Positions 34,708 through 45,776 of a DNA stretch of 64,000 nt are shown here, one piece after another. The stretch spans positions 6,526 to 70,525 of the forward strand of contig JAHITY010000118.1 of the NCBI GenBank assembly GCA_018817165.1. Direction: 5' to 3'. Each line of letters opens with the position of its first letter. Positions within the stretch are counted from its first letter, which is position 1. The translations under genes and the position numbers were made by a program. The notes below the pieces were generated by a model. It was not told the origin of the DNA. It was given only the letters and a program-made list of their open reading frames with translations, and ran no database searches. The stretch comes from Candidatus Omnitrophota bacterium. GTDB taxonomy: Bacteria; Omnitrophota; Gorgyraeia; B26-G9.

Positions 34708-36602
34708 AACGATTAATCTTCTTTTTACTTATAATATCTTTTTGCTTAAATATGGATTTAAATGTTTTTGCTCAGGATAGTGGCTTGTCTGATTTTGAAC
34801 AGGATCGGGCATTGGATTTAGCCAATCAAATTGCTCAGCAGAAAAATTCAAAGGCTACTGTAAATACAGCGAATTTAAGCCTTGGTTTGACAGATTTAAT
34901 TAACAAGGGATATGATGCTTGGGCAAATCTGGAATTTGAAAAAGCAAAAGCATATTTTAATGCAGCTTTGAGCTTGGAACCGAATAATTCGGAAATATCT
35001 GAAATTATTTATGGTTTAGAAAAAGCGCAATTAGAATATGAGCGAAGTCAGGTTAAAACAGAATTATCGCTTTTGCAGGGCAAAAGAATGCTTGATTCAG
35101 AAAAAGCTTGGTTGATTGAGCCTCCGAAGACAACAAGTTCCACTGGGCAAATAAAAAAACAATCAATTTCTTCTTTAAAAGAAAAGGCAATGACGAAAAA
35201 TGTAAGCATTGATTTTACTAATGCGCAGATTAGCAATGTGCTTGAATTTTTATCTGAGGTAAGCGGAATCAATATAATTATGGATCAGGCCGCAGTTGCT
35301 AGTGCCGGTAATATCGGCATACATCTTAAAAATGTAAGCTTGGTTCAGGCCTTAGAATCAATATTGCGTTCAAAAGGATTGGCTTATAGGTTTGAAAAGG
35401 ATTTTATTTGGGTTAGTTCCCAAGCGGATATTGCTAATGAGAGTTTAGTTATTCGGATATATAATCTTTCTCAGGGCTTAGCTAGTTTTACTTATTTTAC
35501 GACTTTTGATACTGTTACCATAAAAGGTGTGCGCCCCGATAGTAAAGTGATTTTAGGAGAAGAAGGTTTGGGTGTTGAGACTAATGAAGGAATAAAAATC
35601 GGCGGTCCAAGCGGAGTATCGGGTAAGGTTACTATGACAATTGAGGATGTTTTGAAACAAGTTGTTGATTGGCCTGAGGCAAGTAGGATATTTTTAGATA
35701 ATCGGACAAGTACGCTTATTGTGCGAAATACTCCGACTAATTTAGCAATTTTAGAGGAAGTTATACAAGCCCTTGATGTTAATCCTCCTCAGGTTATGAT
35801 TGAAGCAAGATTTGTCGAAATCGGGGAAGATGATTTATACTCTTTGGGTCTTAAAATGAATACTGAGATTAGTGGGCAGGGAGCAGCAGCTCCAACATCA
35901 TTTCCGTTTAATAAAAATAATAATGGAAAATTCGCTTCGACGTTTCCTGCACCAGCTACTACTGACTTTAACTACGGTAAACTAGATTTTTCCCAGTTTC
36001 AGGCAGTTATTTCGGCCATAGAACAGAATACTAATAGCAATACACTTTCTTCCCCGAAAATCACTACGATTAGCGGGCAGGAAGCAGTAATAAAAATAGT
36101 AAAAGAATATAGATATCCTACAAAATATGAAATCGAAGTACTAAAAGTAGAAGATGCTGATGGTAATACAGTTACGCAATCATTTCCTGTTCCAGTTGAA
36201 TTTACAACTCGCGATATTGGGATAATTTTAAAGGTTACGCCAAATGTCGGAGCTGATGAGAAAACAATTAATATGACTGTTATTCCCGAGGTCAGTGAAT
36301 TTGATGTAACTAAAGATTTTTTTAATTATGGAACTGATGAAAGACCGTTTTTGCAGCCTTTCTTTAATACGCGAAATGCAACAGCCAGTATAATTGTAAA
36401 TAATAATGAAACAGTGGTAATGGGCGGTCTTATGCGGGAAACTGTAGAACAAGGAGTTGACCGTATTCCGGTTCTGGGCAGTATTCCTTTGCTTGGCAAT
36501 TTATTCAGCCGCAAGGTAGATAATAAGCAGAAAAGAAATTTGTTGATTTTTGTTACTGCTCGAATAATCAGTCCAACAGGACAGACAGTAGTTAAAAAGT
36601 AG
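34704..36602 (+). CDS. pilQ: PilQ/GspD-family outer-membrane secretin
   Basis: Signal peptide, N0/secretin_N-like domains, and the C-terminal secretin signature VVMGGLMRE...IPVLGSIPLLGNLFS...NLLIFVTARII. Confidence 0.85.
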   Translation: MKRLIFFLLIISFCLNMDLNVFAQDSGLSDFEQDRALDLANQIAQQKNSKATVNTANLSLGLTDLINKGYDAWANLEFEKAKAYFNAALSLEPNNSEISEIIYGLEKAQLEYERSQVKTELSLLQGKRMLDSEKAWLIEPPKTTSSTGQIKKQSISSLKEKAMTKNVSIDFTNAQISNVLEFLSEVSGINIIMDQAAVASAGNIGIHLKNVSLVQALESILRSKGLAYRFEKDFIWVSSQADIANESLVIRIYNLSQGLASFTYFTTFDTVTIKGVRPDSKVILGEEGLGVETNEGIKIGGPSGVSGKVTMTIEDVLKQVVDWPEASRIFLDNRTSTLIVRNTPTNLAILEEVIQALDVNPPQVMIEARFVEIGEDDLYSLGLKMNTEISGQGAAAPTSFPFNKNNNGKFASTFPAPATTDFNYGKLDFSQFQAVISAIEQNTNSNTLSSPKITTISGQEAVIKIVKEYRYPTKYEIEVLKVEDADGNTVTQSFPVPVEFTTRDIGIILKVTPNVGADEKTINMTVIPEVSEFDVTKDFFNYGTDERPFLQPFFNTRNATASIIVNNNETVVMGGLMRETVEQGVDRIPVLGSIPLLGNLFSRKVDNKQKRNLLIFVTARIISPTGQTVVKK

Positions 36603-36713
36603 TTTTATGTTTAAACACTGTCAAACTATAACCACTTAAACCATGGGTACCGCCGCATTGTATAAATCCCGTTGATAACTATGTATTTATAGTATAAGGC
36701 ATATCTAATATCC

Positions 36714-39287
36714 ATGCAGAGAAAAAAACTTTATCTTGTTGATGGAAATTCATATATTTATCGGGCATATTATGCTATCGGCGATTTAACTACATCAACA
36801 GGTATTCCTACTGGGGCAGTTTTTGGTTTTGTAACAATGCTGAACAGGTTAAAATCAGATGCTCATCCTGATTATCTTGCCGTTTGTTTTGATTTAAAAG
36901 GTCCGACACTGCGTCATGGTGGAGAAGTGGATTATAAAAAAGATCGCAAGCCAATGCCGGAAGATCTTGTCAGTCAGATGCAGGTGGTTAAAGAGGTTAT
37001 TGGCGCTTACGGTATCCCGATTTTTCAATTGTCGGGATATGAGGCTGATGATATTATTGCAACTTTAGCGGTTAAATTTAAAGAAGATGTGGATGTTTAC
37101 ATTGCTAGCAGCGACAAAGATATGTTGCAACTAGTTGATAATTATGTTAAAATTTATAATCCGCAAAAAGAAAATAAAATTGTGGGGTATGAGCAAGTTT
37201 TTGAAAAATTTAAAGTAACTCCCAATCAAATAACAGACCTTTTAGCTTTAGCCGGAGATAGTTCAGATAGTATTCCAGGAGTGCCAGGTATCGGGCCTAA
37301 AACAGCCGCAGAATTATTATCAGTATTTAAAGATCTTGAAGGGATTTTAAGTAATACGCATAAGATTACCCAGAAAAAAAGAAAACAACTTCTTGAAGAA
37401 TTCGCGGATCAGGCAAGATTAAGTAAAAAACTGGCAACAGTAATTACTGATGTTCCAATTGATGTATCCCTGGAAAGACTTAAGGGAACGACTCAAGATA
37501 TACAGACATTGAGAGGTATTTTTCAAAGATTGGAATTTAAAAATCTATCCAGTAGTTTAGTTGATCAGGCTCCAAAACAAAATGCTGGCTTTAAAATACA
37601 TCAAATTAATACAAAAAAAGAATTATGTGATTTATATCTTAGTTTGAAAAAAGAAAAAACTTTTTCTTTCTGCGTTCGTCCTGACAATGAAAAACTGCAT
37701 AATATTAAAAGTATAGAAATAAGCACTGGTCTGCAATCGCTAATAAGCATCAGTCTAAATAATCAAGTGACAATCGCGGATGTTAAACAGCAATTAGAAG
37801 AAATTTTTTTAGATAAAAACATTCTTAAAATTGGTTACGATATTAAAAATCTATGTATTGTTTTTAAGAAAAACAATATTGAACTGGATGGTCCGTTTTT
37901 TGACATAATGGTTGGGGCATATTTATTAGAACCAGGTGCAAGTCGCAGGACTCTGGGAGATATTGCCGGGGACTATATCGCGAGAAATATTGATTATGAT
38001 ATTCAGGCAATTGAGCAGATAAATATAAAAAATATTTTAGCGCAAGAGCTTAAGGCTAAAGAATTGATAGAGCTTTTTAACACTGTTGAGATGCCTTTAA
38101 TCAGAGTTTTGGCTTTGATGGAGTGCGCGGGGATAAAAGTAGATAAAGACCTTCTTTGTTCTATGGAAAAAAGTATTGAGAAAAAATTAGAAGTACTTAC
38201 TGCTGAAATATATAAGACAAGTGGTTGTGAATTTAATATAAATTCTCCGAAACAATTAGGTGAAATTTTATTTGATAAATTAAAATTACCGGTTGGCAAA
38301 AAAGGTAAAAGCGGATTTTCAACAAATGGAGAAGTGCTGAAGCAGCTATCTTTAGAGCATGAATTACCGGCGATGATTTTAGAATATCGGGAGTTGGCTA
38401 AACTTAGGTCAACTTATGTTTTGGGATTGCTTGATTTAATTGATCCTATTAGTGGTCGAATTCATACATCTTTCAATCAAACAGTTACCGCTACTGGCAG
38501 GCTTAGTTCAAGCACCCCTAATCTTCAGAATATTCCAGTGCGTACAGAAATAGGCAGAAAAATTCGTGCCGCTTTTATCAGTAAGTCAAAGGATTGGAGT
38601 TTATTATCAGCTGACTATTCACAGATAGAGTTAAGAGTTTTAGCCCATCTGTCAGAAGATGAGTATTTGACCAAGGCCTTTAATCAGGATTTAGATATAC
38701 ATACTTTTACGGCAACTTTGATTTTTGATATTCCGAGTGAACAAGTAGATAAAAAGATGCGTTATTTGGCTAAAAGAGTTAATTTTGGGATAATTTATGG
38801 TATGGGCGCATATGGCTTAGCCAGAGATATTAATGTGTCTCATGCTGAGGCTAAGAAGTTTATTCAAGAATATTTCAAGCGGTATCCTTCGGTACAAAAC
38901 TATTTGCAAAAACAGATTGATCATGCCAGACAAACAGGTTATGTAACAACTTTGCTTAATCGGCGGCGATATATACCGCAAATAAACACAAAAAATATGA
39001 TGCAACGCAGTTTTGCCGAACGCACCGCGATGAATACGCCAATTCAAGGGACAGCAGCTGATTTAATTAAAGTAGCAATGATTAATGTATTAAATAAATT
39101 GGATCAAGGCAAGTTTAAGACGAGTATGCTTTTGCAGGTACATGATGAATTGGTTTTTGATGTTCCAGATGATGAGCTTGAACAGGTAAAAAAAATAGTC
39201 AAGCAATGTATGGAAAGTATTTTTAAGCTTCGCGTGCCAATTAAAGTTGATTTAAAATCTGGGAAAAACTGGAGAGATATGCAGTAG
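36714..39287 (+). CDS. polA: DNA polymerase I
   Basis: 857 aa with a 5'-3' exonuclease domain, a central domain and a family A polymerase domain (RRxAKxxNFGxxYG, QVHDELV). Confidence 0.9.
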   Translation: MQRKKLYLVDGNSYIYRAYYAIGDLTTSTGIPTGAVFGFVTMLNRLKSDAHPDYLAVCFDLKGPTLRHGGEVDYKKDRKPMPEDLVSQMQVVKEVIGAYGIPIFQLSGYEADDIIATLAVKFKEDVDVYIASSDKDMLQLVDNYVKIYNPQKENKIVGYEQVFEKFKVTPNQITDLLALAGDSSDSIPGVPGIGPKTAAELLSVFKDLEGILSNTHKITQKKRKQLLEEFADQARLSKKLATVITDVPIDVSLERLKGTTQDIQTLRGIFQRLEFKNLSSSLVDQAPKQNAGFKIHQINTKKELCDLYLSLKKEKTFSFCVRPDNEKLHNIKSIEISTGLQSLISISLNNQVTIADVKQQLEEIFLDKNILKIGYDIKNLCIVFKKNNIELDGPFFDIMVGAYLLEPGASRRTLGDIAGDYIARNIDYDIQAIEQINIKNILAQELKAKELIELFNTVEMPLIRVLALMECAGIKVDKDLLCSMEKSIEKKLEVLTAEIYKTSGCEFNINSPKQLGEILFDKLKLPVGKKGKSGFSTNGEVLKQLSLEHELPAMILEYRELAKLRSTYVLGLLDLIDPISGRIHTSFNQTVTATGRLSSSTPNLQNIPVRTEIGRKIRAAFISKSKDWSLLSADYSQIELRVLAHLSEDEYLTKAFNQDLDIHTFTATLIFDIPSEQVDKKMRYLAKRVNFGIIYGMGAYGLARDINVSHAEAKKFIQEYFKRYPSVQNYLQKQIDHARQTGYVTTLLNRRRYIPQINTKNMMQRSFAERTAMNTPIQGTAADLIKVAMINVLNKLDQGKFKTSMLLQVHDELVFDVPDDELEQVKKIVKQCMESIFKLRVPIKVDLKSGKNWRDMQ

Positions 39288-39337
39288 GGTTTTTAAAAAA
39301 ATGGGGAGGAATGGTTGCATGCTTCATGGGGGGAATT

Positions 39338-40750
39338 ATGAAAGTATTATTTTGTAGTTCAGAAGTTGTGCCTTTTGCGAAAACCGGTGGATTAGCTGAT
39401 GTTGCTGGAACTTTACCTCCTGAACTTGCAAATTTAGGGGTAAATATAAAAGTTGTTTTACCTTATTATAAAAGTATTGATTCTAAGAAATTTGAAATTA
39501 AAAAAATAGATAAAGATACCTCAGTTGCAGTTATTCAGAATAATGTTGAGGTTTATTTTATAGAGAATAAAAGATATTTTGACCGAGCAAATCTTTACCA
39601 ATATAACGGAGTAGATTATCGAGATAATTTGGAAAGATTTACATATTATTGTCAGCAAACATTAAGATTAGCTAAAAAGATTAAATTCAAGCCAGATATT
39701 ATTCATTGCAATGATTGGCAAAGTGCTTTAATCCCGATTTATTTAAAAACTATTTATAAAGATGATGCTTTTTTTAAAAAAACCAAAACTGTTTTTACAA
39801 TCCATAATTTGGGGTATCAAGGTCTTTTTTCCAAAGAAGATTTTTCGGTGACGGGACTTGACTATGATGTGTTTTCAATGGAGGGGTTGGAGTTCTATGG
39901 GAGGATAAATCTGCTTAAAGGCGGTTTATTGTTTTCCGATAAAATTACTACAGTGAGTTCCACCTATGCTGATGAAATTCAAACTCCGCAATTTGGCTGC
40001 GGATTAGAAGGGGTGTTGCTGAAAAGAAAAAATGATTTATCTGGAATATTAAACGGTATAAATTGTCATGATTGGGATCCAACGCAAAATAAAACACTAA
40101 CAAAAAATTATGGACCGGATGCGATTGCTGGCAAGTATCATAATAAAATTGATCTGCAGAAAATTTGCAAATTAAAAGTCAGTAAAAATATTCCCTTGCT
40201 GGGCATAATCACTAGATTGGCTGATCAAAAAGGACTAGATATCTTAGCGGAAGTTATTGATAAAATAGTTCAGATGCCGATTCAGTTTGTTTTACTTGGT
40301 ACCGGGGATCCTAAATATCATAAATTATTCGAGAATATAAAAAATAAGTATAGAAACACCTCGATACATCTTAGTTTTGATGCAAAATTAGCATATAAAA
40401 TTTATGCGGGTTCAGATATTTTCTTAATGCCTTCTTATTATGAACCGTGCGGGTTGGGGCAGCTAATAAGTCTTAATTTCGGCACAATTCCTTTGGTGCG
40501 AAAGATCGGAGGTTTAGCCGATACGGTTGTTGATTATAATCCTTTTACTAAACAAGGAAACGGTTTTGTGTTTGATAATTATCAAGCAGGGGCATTGCTG
40601 GAAGCAATAAAAAGAGCATTATGTGTTTATAATGACAGCGAGACCTGGAACAAGCTTGTTGCCGGAGCAATGAAATGCAATTTTTCCTGGGAAAAATCAG
40701 CAAAAGAGTATAATAAGCTTTATAAGAAACTTTTAAGTTCTAAAAAATAA
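39338..40750 (+). CDS. glgA: Glycogen synthase (ADP-glucose type)
   Basis: MKVLFCSSEVVPFAKTGGLADV start. The ORF track's 39311 start is probably too far upstream. Confidence 0.85.
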   Translation: MKVLFCSSEVVPFAKTGGLADVAGTLPPELANLGVNIKVVLPYYKSIDSKKFEIKKIDKDTSVAVIQNNVEVYFIENKRYFDRANLYQYNGVDYRDNLERFTYYCQQTLRLAKKIKFKPDIIHCNDWQSALIPIYLKTIYKDDAFFKKTKTVFTIHNLGYQGLFSKEDFSVTGLDYDVFSMEGLEFYGRINLLKGGLLFSDKITTVSSTYADEIQTPQFGCGLEGVLLKRKNDLSGILNGINCHDWDPTQNKTLTKNYGPDAIAGKYHNKIDLQKICKLKVSKNIPLLGIITRLADQKGLDILAEVIDKIVQMPIQFVLLGTGDPKYHKLFENIKNKYRNTSIHLSFDAKLAYKIYAGSDIFLMPSYYEPCGLGQLISLNFGTIPLVRKIGGLADTVVDYNPFTKQGNGFVFDNYQAGALLEAIKRALCVYNDSETWNKLVAGAMKCNFSWEKSAKEYNKLYKKLLSSKK

Positions 40751-40764
40751 AAAGAATTTATTTT

Positions 40765-41376
40765 ATGGATAGTAAATTAATAGTAATCGGTTTGACTGGC
40801 GGATTAGCCAGTGGAAAAAGTACCGCAGCTAAAATGTTTACTGCTTTTGGCGCAATAATTTTGGATGCGGATAGGATTGGGCATAAAACTCTAGCGAAAA
40901 ATTCTAAATGTTTTAAAAAGATAGTAAAGCGATTTGGTAATAGGATTTTAGATTGCAATGGAACAATCAATAGAGGGAGTTTAGCCAAAGTCGCATTTAA
41001 AAATAGTGCTAACCAAAAAGCCCTTTGCGCGATAATTCATCCTTGGATTTTTGAATACATTGATAAAAAAATAAAACTTTATCAAAAAAATAAAGATGTG
41101 AGATTGCTTATTGTGGAGGCAGTATTACTTATTGAATCCGGTTTGTTTGAGAAAATGGATAAGAACATTGTTGTAAAATCAAATCAGGCGCAGCAGCTTT
41201 TAAGAGCAAAACTTAATCGGAATATGGACAAGGAAGCAGCAAAGCAGAGAATGCAATATCAATTAAAACTAGCTGATAAAATCAAGTACGCTGATTATGT
41301 TATTGATAATCGCGGTACTTTTAAAAATACAGAATCTCAAGTAAAAAAAATAGTAGTTAAATTGTTAAATAATTGA
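40765..41376 (+). CDS. coaE: Dephospho-CoA kinase
   Basis: IGLTGGLASGKST P-loop, ~200 aa. Confidence 0.8.
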   Translation: MDSKLIVIGLTGGLASGKSTAAKMFTAFGAIILDADRIGHKTLAKNSKCFKKIVKRFGNRILDCNGTINRGSLAKVAFKNSANQKALCAIIHPWIFEYIDKKIKLYQKNKDVRLLIVEAVLLIESGLFEKMDKNIVVKSNQAQQLLRAKLNRNMDKEAAKQRMQYQLKLADKIKYADYVIDNRGTFKNTESQVKKIVVKLLNN

Positions 41377-41383
41377 TTAAATA

Positions 41384-42820
41384 ATGTTTGGGGCAGTTAG
41401 ATGCTTCAAACGAAAAGCGAGGGAGTGTATGAAACCACAGAAACCAGAGAGAGCAAAACCAACCAGGGCCGATAGTAATTCTCGGTATCCAATGCATAGT
41501 TCTAGACCTAAACCGTTACAGACAGAAGATCGTAAACCAATGGAAAGACATCAGACTGATGGTGGAATATATATTGGTGAGCTTAAAAAAATGAGCGGTG
41601 CCGGATTAATAAAAATCGCGAAAGAATTAAAAATTGCCGGAATTAGCGGGGTGCGTAAACAGGATCTTATTTTTAAAGTTTTGCAAGCGCAAGCGGAAAA
41701 AGCTGGTAATATGTTTGGCGAAGGAATACTGGAAATATTGCCGGATGGATTTGGTTTTTTAAGATCACCTAATTACAACTATCTGCCTTGTCCTGATGAT
41801 ATTTATATTTCTCCGAGTCAAATCAGAAAATTTAATTTAAAAACCGGTGATACAGTTAGTGGGCAGATTCGTCCACCTAAAGAAGGTGAGCGTTATTTTG
41901 CGCTGCTAAAGGTCGAAGCAGTTAATTTTGAAGCTCCGGAAAAAGTTAAAGACAAAATTCTTTTTGATAACCTTACTCCGCTTTATCCTGAGTCACGTTT
42001 AATCCTGGAAACTGATTCGGAAGATGTCTCGACTAGAATTATGGATTTATTTACCCCGATCGGAAAAGGACAGCGGGGTTTAATTGTCGCTCCTCCGTAT
42101 AGCGGAAAAACTGTTTTATTACAGAAAATAGCAAATAGTATAATTGCCAATAATGAGGATGTTGTGCTTATTGTTTTATTGATTGACGAGCGTCCGGAAG
42201 AAGTTACGGATATGCAGCGTTCAGTTAAAGCTGAAGTAATCAGCTCTACTTTTGATGAGCCGCCAGAGAGGCATGTTCAGGTGGCGGAAATTGTTTTGGA
42301 AAAAGCAAAGCGATTGGTTGAATGTGGTAGAGATGTCGTTATATTATTAGATAGTATAACTCGTTTGGCTCGAGCGCATAATACGGTTGTTCCGCATTCT
42401 GGAAAAATATTATCGGGCGGTGTTGATTCAACTGCTTTGCAAAAACCAAAACGTTTTTTTGGAGCTGCGCGGAATATTGAAGAGGGCGGATCATTGACTA
42501 TTCTGGCAACAGCCTTGGTTGACACAGGAAGCAGAATGGATGAAGTTATTTTTGAAGAATTTAAAGGTACCGGTAATATGGAATTACAGCTTGATCGTAA
42601 TTTATTTCAGAGACGGATTTACCCGGCGATTGATATTAAACGTTCGAATACGCGTAAAGAAGAATTACTGGTCGATCCAGAAGAATTAAAGCTTATTTGG
42701 ATTTTACGTAAAGCGCTTAATGAGCTGAGCAGTGTGGAAGCAATGGAGCTGCTTACTACAAAACTTAAAAAAGTATCGACAAACGCGGAATTCTTGCTTT
42801 CTCTGTCAAAAAGCAGATAA
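41384..42820 (+). CDS. rho: Transcription termination factor Rho with a basic N-terminal extension
   Basis: The N-terminal domain, an RNA-binding OB domain, and an ATPase core with Walker A/B and Q/R loops. The ~50-aa Lys/Arg/Pro-rich leader is atypical, so the start is uncertain. Confidence 0.85.
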   Translation: MFGAVRCFKRKARECMKPQKPERAKPTRADSNSRYPMHSSRPKPLQTEDRKPMERHQTDGGIYIGELKKMSGAGLIKIAKELKIAGISGVRKQDLIFKVLQAQAEKAGNMFGEGILEILPDGFGFLRSPNYNYLPCPDDIYISPSQIRKFNLKTGDTVSGQIRPPKEGERYFALLKVEAVNFEAPEKVKDKILFDNLTPLYPESRLILETDSEDVSTRIMDLFTPIGKGQRGLIVAPPYSGKTVLLQKIANSIIANNEDVVLIVLLIDERPEEVTDMQRSVKAEVISSTFDEPPERHVQVAEIVLEKAKRLVECGRDVVILLDSITRLARAHNTVVPHSGKILSGGVDSTALQKPKRFFGAARNIEEGGSLTILATALVDTGSRMDEVIFEEFKGTGNMELQLDRNLFQRRIYPAIDIKRSNTRKEELLVDPEELKLIWILRKALNELSSVEAMELLTTKLKKVSTNAEFLLSLSKSR

Positions 42821-42916
42821 ATAATCGCAAGGTATTAACAATGGTTGACGAAAAGTCTATTTTCTGATAAAATTTCTAGTTCAGAACCGAAGATGTGAAC
42901 AATCGAAAATATTTGA

Positions 42917-43023
42917 ATAATAATGATTCCGAAAGTGCCTGCTAGGTCGCAGTCATTTCGGACTAAATTCGCGCAGGCTGACTTGATGTCGCAATAATGC
43001 TCCATAAGTCAGGCGCTCATTTA
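42917..43023 (+). repeat. Family A structured repeat, copy 4, in the rpmE 5' leader
   Basis: The same two-hairpin element. It ends gcgctcattt directly before the AACAGGAGG RBS of rpmE. Confidence 0.8.
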
Positions 43024-43036
43024 ACAGGAGGGAAAT

Positions 43037-43234
43037 ATGAAGAAGAAAATACATCCAGAATACAATCAAAGCACGATAACTTGTGCTTGTGGTGAAGTAA
43101 TGAGTACAAATAGTACAAAACAGGACATGCGTGTAGAAATATGCAGCAGTTGTCATCCTTTTTTTACTGGAAAACAAAAAATGCTTGATACTGCCGGAAG
43201 AGTAGAGCGATTTAAGAAGCGATATGCTAAATAA
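43037..43234 (+). CDS. rpmE: Ribosomal protein L31
   Basis: 65 aa, MKKKIHPEY...CxxC...[10 protein letters not shown]. Confidence 0.85.
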   Translation: MKKKIHPEYNQSTITCACGEVMSTNSTKQDMRVEICSSCHPFFTGKQKMLDTAGRVERFKKRYAK

Positions 43235-44312
43235 TAAGCTTTTATTTGGTAAACTCGATGAGTTTGTGGATCGTTTAAAAGTTTTAGAAAATCAAATGAG
43301 TGATCCAGAGATAATAAAAAATGTTTCTGGATATCGGAAATTAGCAATAGAAAGGTCTGATCTTTTAGATAAGATCGCTTTGTTTAGTAATTATAAAAAT
43401 AATTACGAGGAGGTTAATCGTTTAAAATCAATCATTCAAGAGTCGACTGAAGAGGAAGATTTTCTTGAGCTGGTTGAAGAAGAATTAAAAGTTTTAAAAG
43501 GAAAACAAAATAAACTTATTGAAAATATTGAAGAATTTTTGATTGAGCCTGATCCGAATGATGATAAAGATATTATTATTGAAATCCGGGCCGGGACTGG
43601 CGGTGAAGAAGCCGCGCTATTTGCCGCGGATCTTTATAGAATGTATGCTTATTATGCTGAAAAGTGTGGGATCAAAGTCGAAGTAATAAATTCTAGCCCC
43701 ACGCCGATCGGTGGGTTTAAAGAAATAATTTTTTCCTTAGAGGGAAGTAAAGTTTATAAACGGTTTAAATTTGAATCGGGGATTCATCGAGTTCAAAGGG
43801 TTCCGAGTACTGAAACAGCAGGGAGAATTCATACTTCAGCGGTTAGTGTGGCAGTTTTAGCGGCGGCAGAGGAAATGGATTTAGAAATAAATATTAATGA
43901 TCTAAAAGTGGATGTATACCGTTCTTCCGGCGCTGGTGGCCAGAGCGTAAATACAACAGACTCAGCAGTAAGAATCACGCATTTGCCTACAGGGGTAGTA
44001 GTTACTTGTCAAGATGAACGCTCTCAGATTAAAAATAAAGCTAAAGCACTTAAAGTTTTAAGAGCAAAGCTATATGATCATGCTCAATTAGAGCAGGCTT
44101 CGAAAATCAGCCAAGATCGAAAGAAACAGGTTGGATCCGGAGATAGAAGTGAAAAAATAAGGACTTATAATTTTCCTGATAGACGGGTTACTGATCATCG
44201 GATTTCCTTAACTTTGTATAAAATTGAACAAATTTTAGCTGGAGATTTAGATGAACTTATTTCAGGATTGCAATCAGCGGAAAAAGAGCTTAAACTTAAA
44301 CAGAATAAATAA
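43224..44312 (+). CDS. prfA: Peptide chain release factor 1
   Basis: The GGQ motif ([23 protein letters not shown]), the PxT-type region, and a length of 362 aa. Confidence 0.9.
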   Translation: MLNNKLLFGKLDEFVDRLKVLENQMSDPEIIKNVSGYRKLAIERSDLLDKIALFSNYKNNYEEVNRLKSIIQESTEEEDFLELVEEELKVLKGKQNKLIENIEEFLIEPDPNDDKDIIIEIRAGTGGEEAALFAADLYRMYAYYAEKCGIKVEVINSSPTPIGGFKEIIFSLEGSKVYKRFKFESGIHRVQRVPSTETAGRIHTSAVSVAVLAAAEEMDLEININDLKVDVYRSSGAGGQSVNTTDSAVRITHLPTGVVVTCQDERSQIKNKAKALKVLRAKLYDHAQLEQASKISQDRKKQVGSGDRSEKIRTYNFPDRRVTDHRISLTLYKIEQILAGDLDELISGLQSAEKELKLKQNK

Positions 44313-44415
44313 TGAATTAGTGATATTGGCTCAATAATATTTAGTCCAAAGGCATGCTTATTTATTGCACCAATGGGGTGTAATTTTTTTTTATAATACA
44401 AGGTATGAGGAAAAA

Positions 44416-44847
44416 ATGAAATTTTCTGGATATAACTTTGTGTTAATCTCCGTAGTTTTTAGTATATTAATTAGTAACAAAGTAATGGCGCAGAATGTTA
44501 AAAAAGCCGATCAAGGTAGAGTTATTTATGAACAGCAAATGTCTTATGATGATGCGCGTAAAATGCAGGAAATAGTGGCGCAACTAGAAAAAGAAAAAAA
44601 TAATAATGATGGATCAGCAGTATCAAGTAATCCATTAATTGACGCTATGAGTGATGGCTCAGCTGATAATTCAAAAATGCTTGATATGCTGAAGATTTTA
44701 ATTAATACAATGGGTATTGATGTTTTGCCGGAAGATTTAGTTGCACAGAAAACAGGCATAGAGACGGATAACTCAGAAAAAAGCGGTGTGAATAATTTCA
44801 AGAAGTGGGACGACACACATAATTGGAAGAAGCTAAGAATTGAGTAA
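44416..44847 (+). CDS. Hypothetical secreted protein
   Basis: Signal peptide MKFSGYNFVLISVVFSILISNKVMAQ. No recognisable domain. Confidence 0.4.
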   Translation: MKFSGYNFVLISVVFSILISNKVMAQNVKKADQGRVIYEQQMSYDDARKMQEIVAQLEKEKNNNDGSAVSSNPLIDAMSDGSADNSKMLDMLKILINTMGIDVLPEDLVAQKTGIETDNSEKSGVNNFKKWDDTHNWKKLRIE

Positions 44848-44882
44848 AATTAGGGACCGATTAGCTTGAATCGTAAAATATA

Positions 44883-45776
44883 ATGAATAAACAAGATACT
44901 ACTATCGGGAAAGCTCTAAGTGCAGCAGAGTGTTTGTTATCACAGGCTGGCATTGTTTCAGCAGAAAAAGAAGCGGTAATATTACTAGGTTTTTTTTTAG
45001 ATTTAAAGCGAATTGACGTGTATTTTATTAGAAATGAAATTTTAAATTCAGATATTTTGATTGAATTTCAATCTGCGGTAAATAAAAGATGCGCTTATTT
45101 CCCCCTGCAGTATCTTACAGGGGAAACTTTTTTTTATGGTTTAAGACTGGTAATGCGGGAGGGAGTTTTTATTCCCAGGCCTGAAACAGAAATATTGGTA
45201 GAGAAAATAATTAAAATAGCGGAGAAGAATTTTCCAAACGGCTTGAAAATATTAGAGTTATGTACAGGTTCCGGTAATATTTCAGTTTCATTGACAAAAA
45301 ACATACAATATTGTACAATTATTAGTTCAGATATAAACAAAAAAGCTTTGGACTTATCGCGACATAATGCTTGTATCCATGGAGTAAGTGAGCAAATTAA
45401 ATTTATCCAAAGTGATTTGTTTGAGGCTTTAGATTCTCAAGATTATCAACAGGAAAGTAATCGGTTTGAGATTATAGTGGCTAATCCTCCTTATGTTAGT
45501 TTTGAGCAGATGAATGAATTACCGGCGGATGTGCTTAATGAACCTAAAGAGGCACTTTATGGGGGTAATGACGGTTTAGATTTTTATCGGAAAATTATTG
45601 GACAAACAAGAAATTTTTTAAAAAAAAGCGGTTATATTGCTTTTGAATTTGGTGATAAGCAAGCCAAAGATATTGAACAAATTATACAAGTAAGTAAGCT
45701 TTTTGATCAAACAGAGTTTTTTGCTGATTTAAACGGAATATACCGATTTGTAATCGCTAGGCGTATAAATGGATAA
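44883..45776 (+). CDS. prmC: Release-factor glutamine N5-methyltransferase (HemK/PrmC)
   Basis: NPPY motif (IVANPPYV) and a SAM-binding fold. Follows prfA. Confidence 0.8.
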   Translation: MNKQDTTIGKALSAAECLLSQAGIVSAEKEAVILLGFFLDLKRIDVYFIRNEILNSDILIEFQSAVNKRCAYFPLQYLTGETFFYGLRLVMREGVFIPRPETEILVEKIIKIAEKNFPNGLKILELCTGSGNISVSLTKNIQYCTIISSDINKKALDLSRHNACIHGVSEQIKFIQSDLFEALDSQDYQQESNRFEIIVANPPYVSFEQMNELPADVLNEPKEALYGGNDGLDFYRKIIGQTRNFLKKSGYIAFEFGDKQAKDIEQIIQVSKLFDQTEFFADLNGIYRFVIARRING

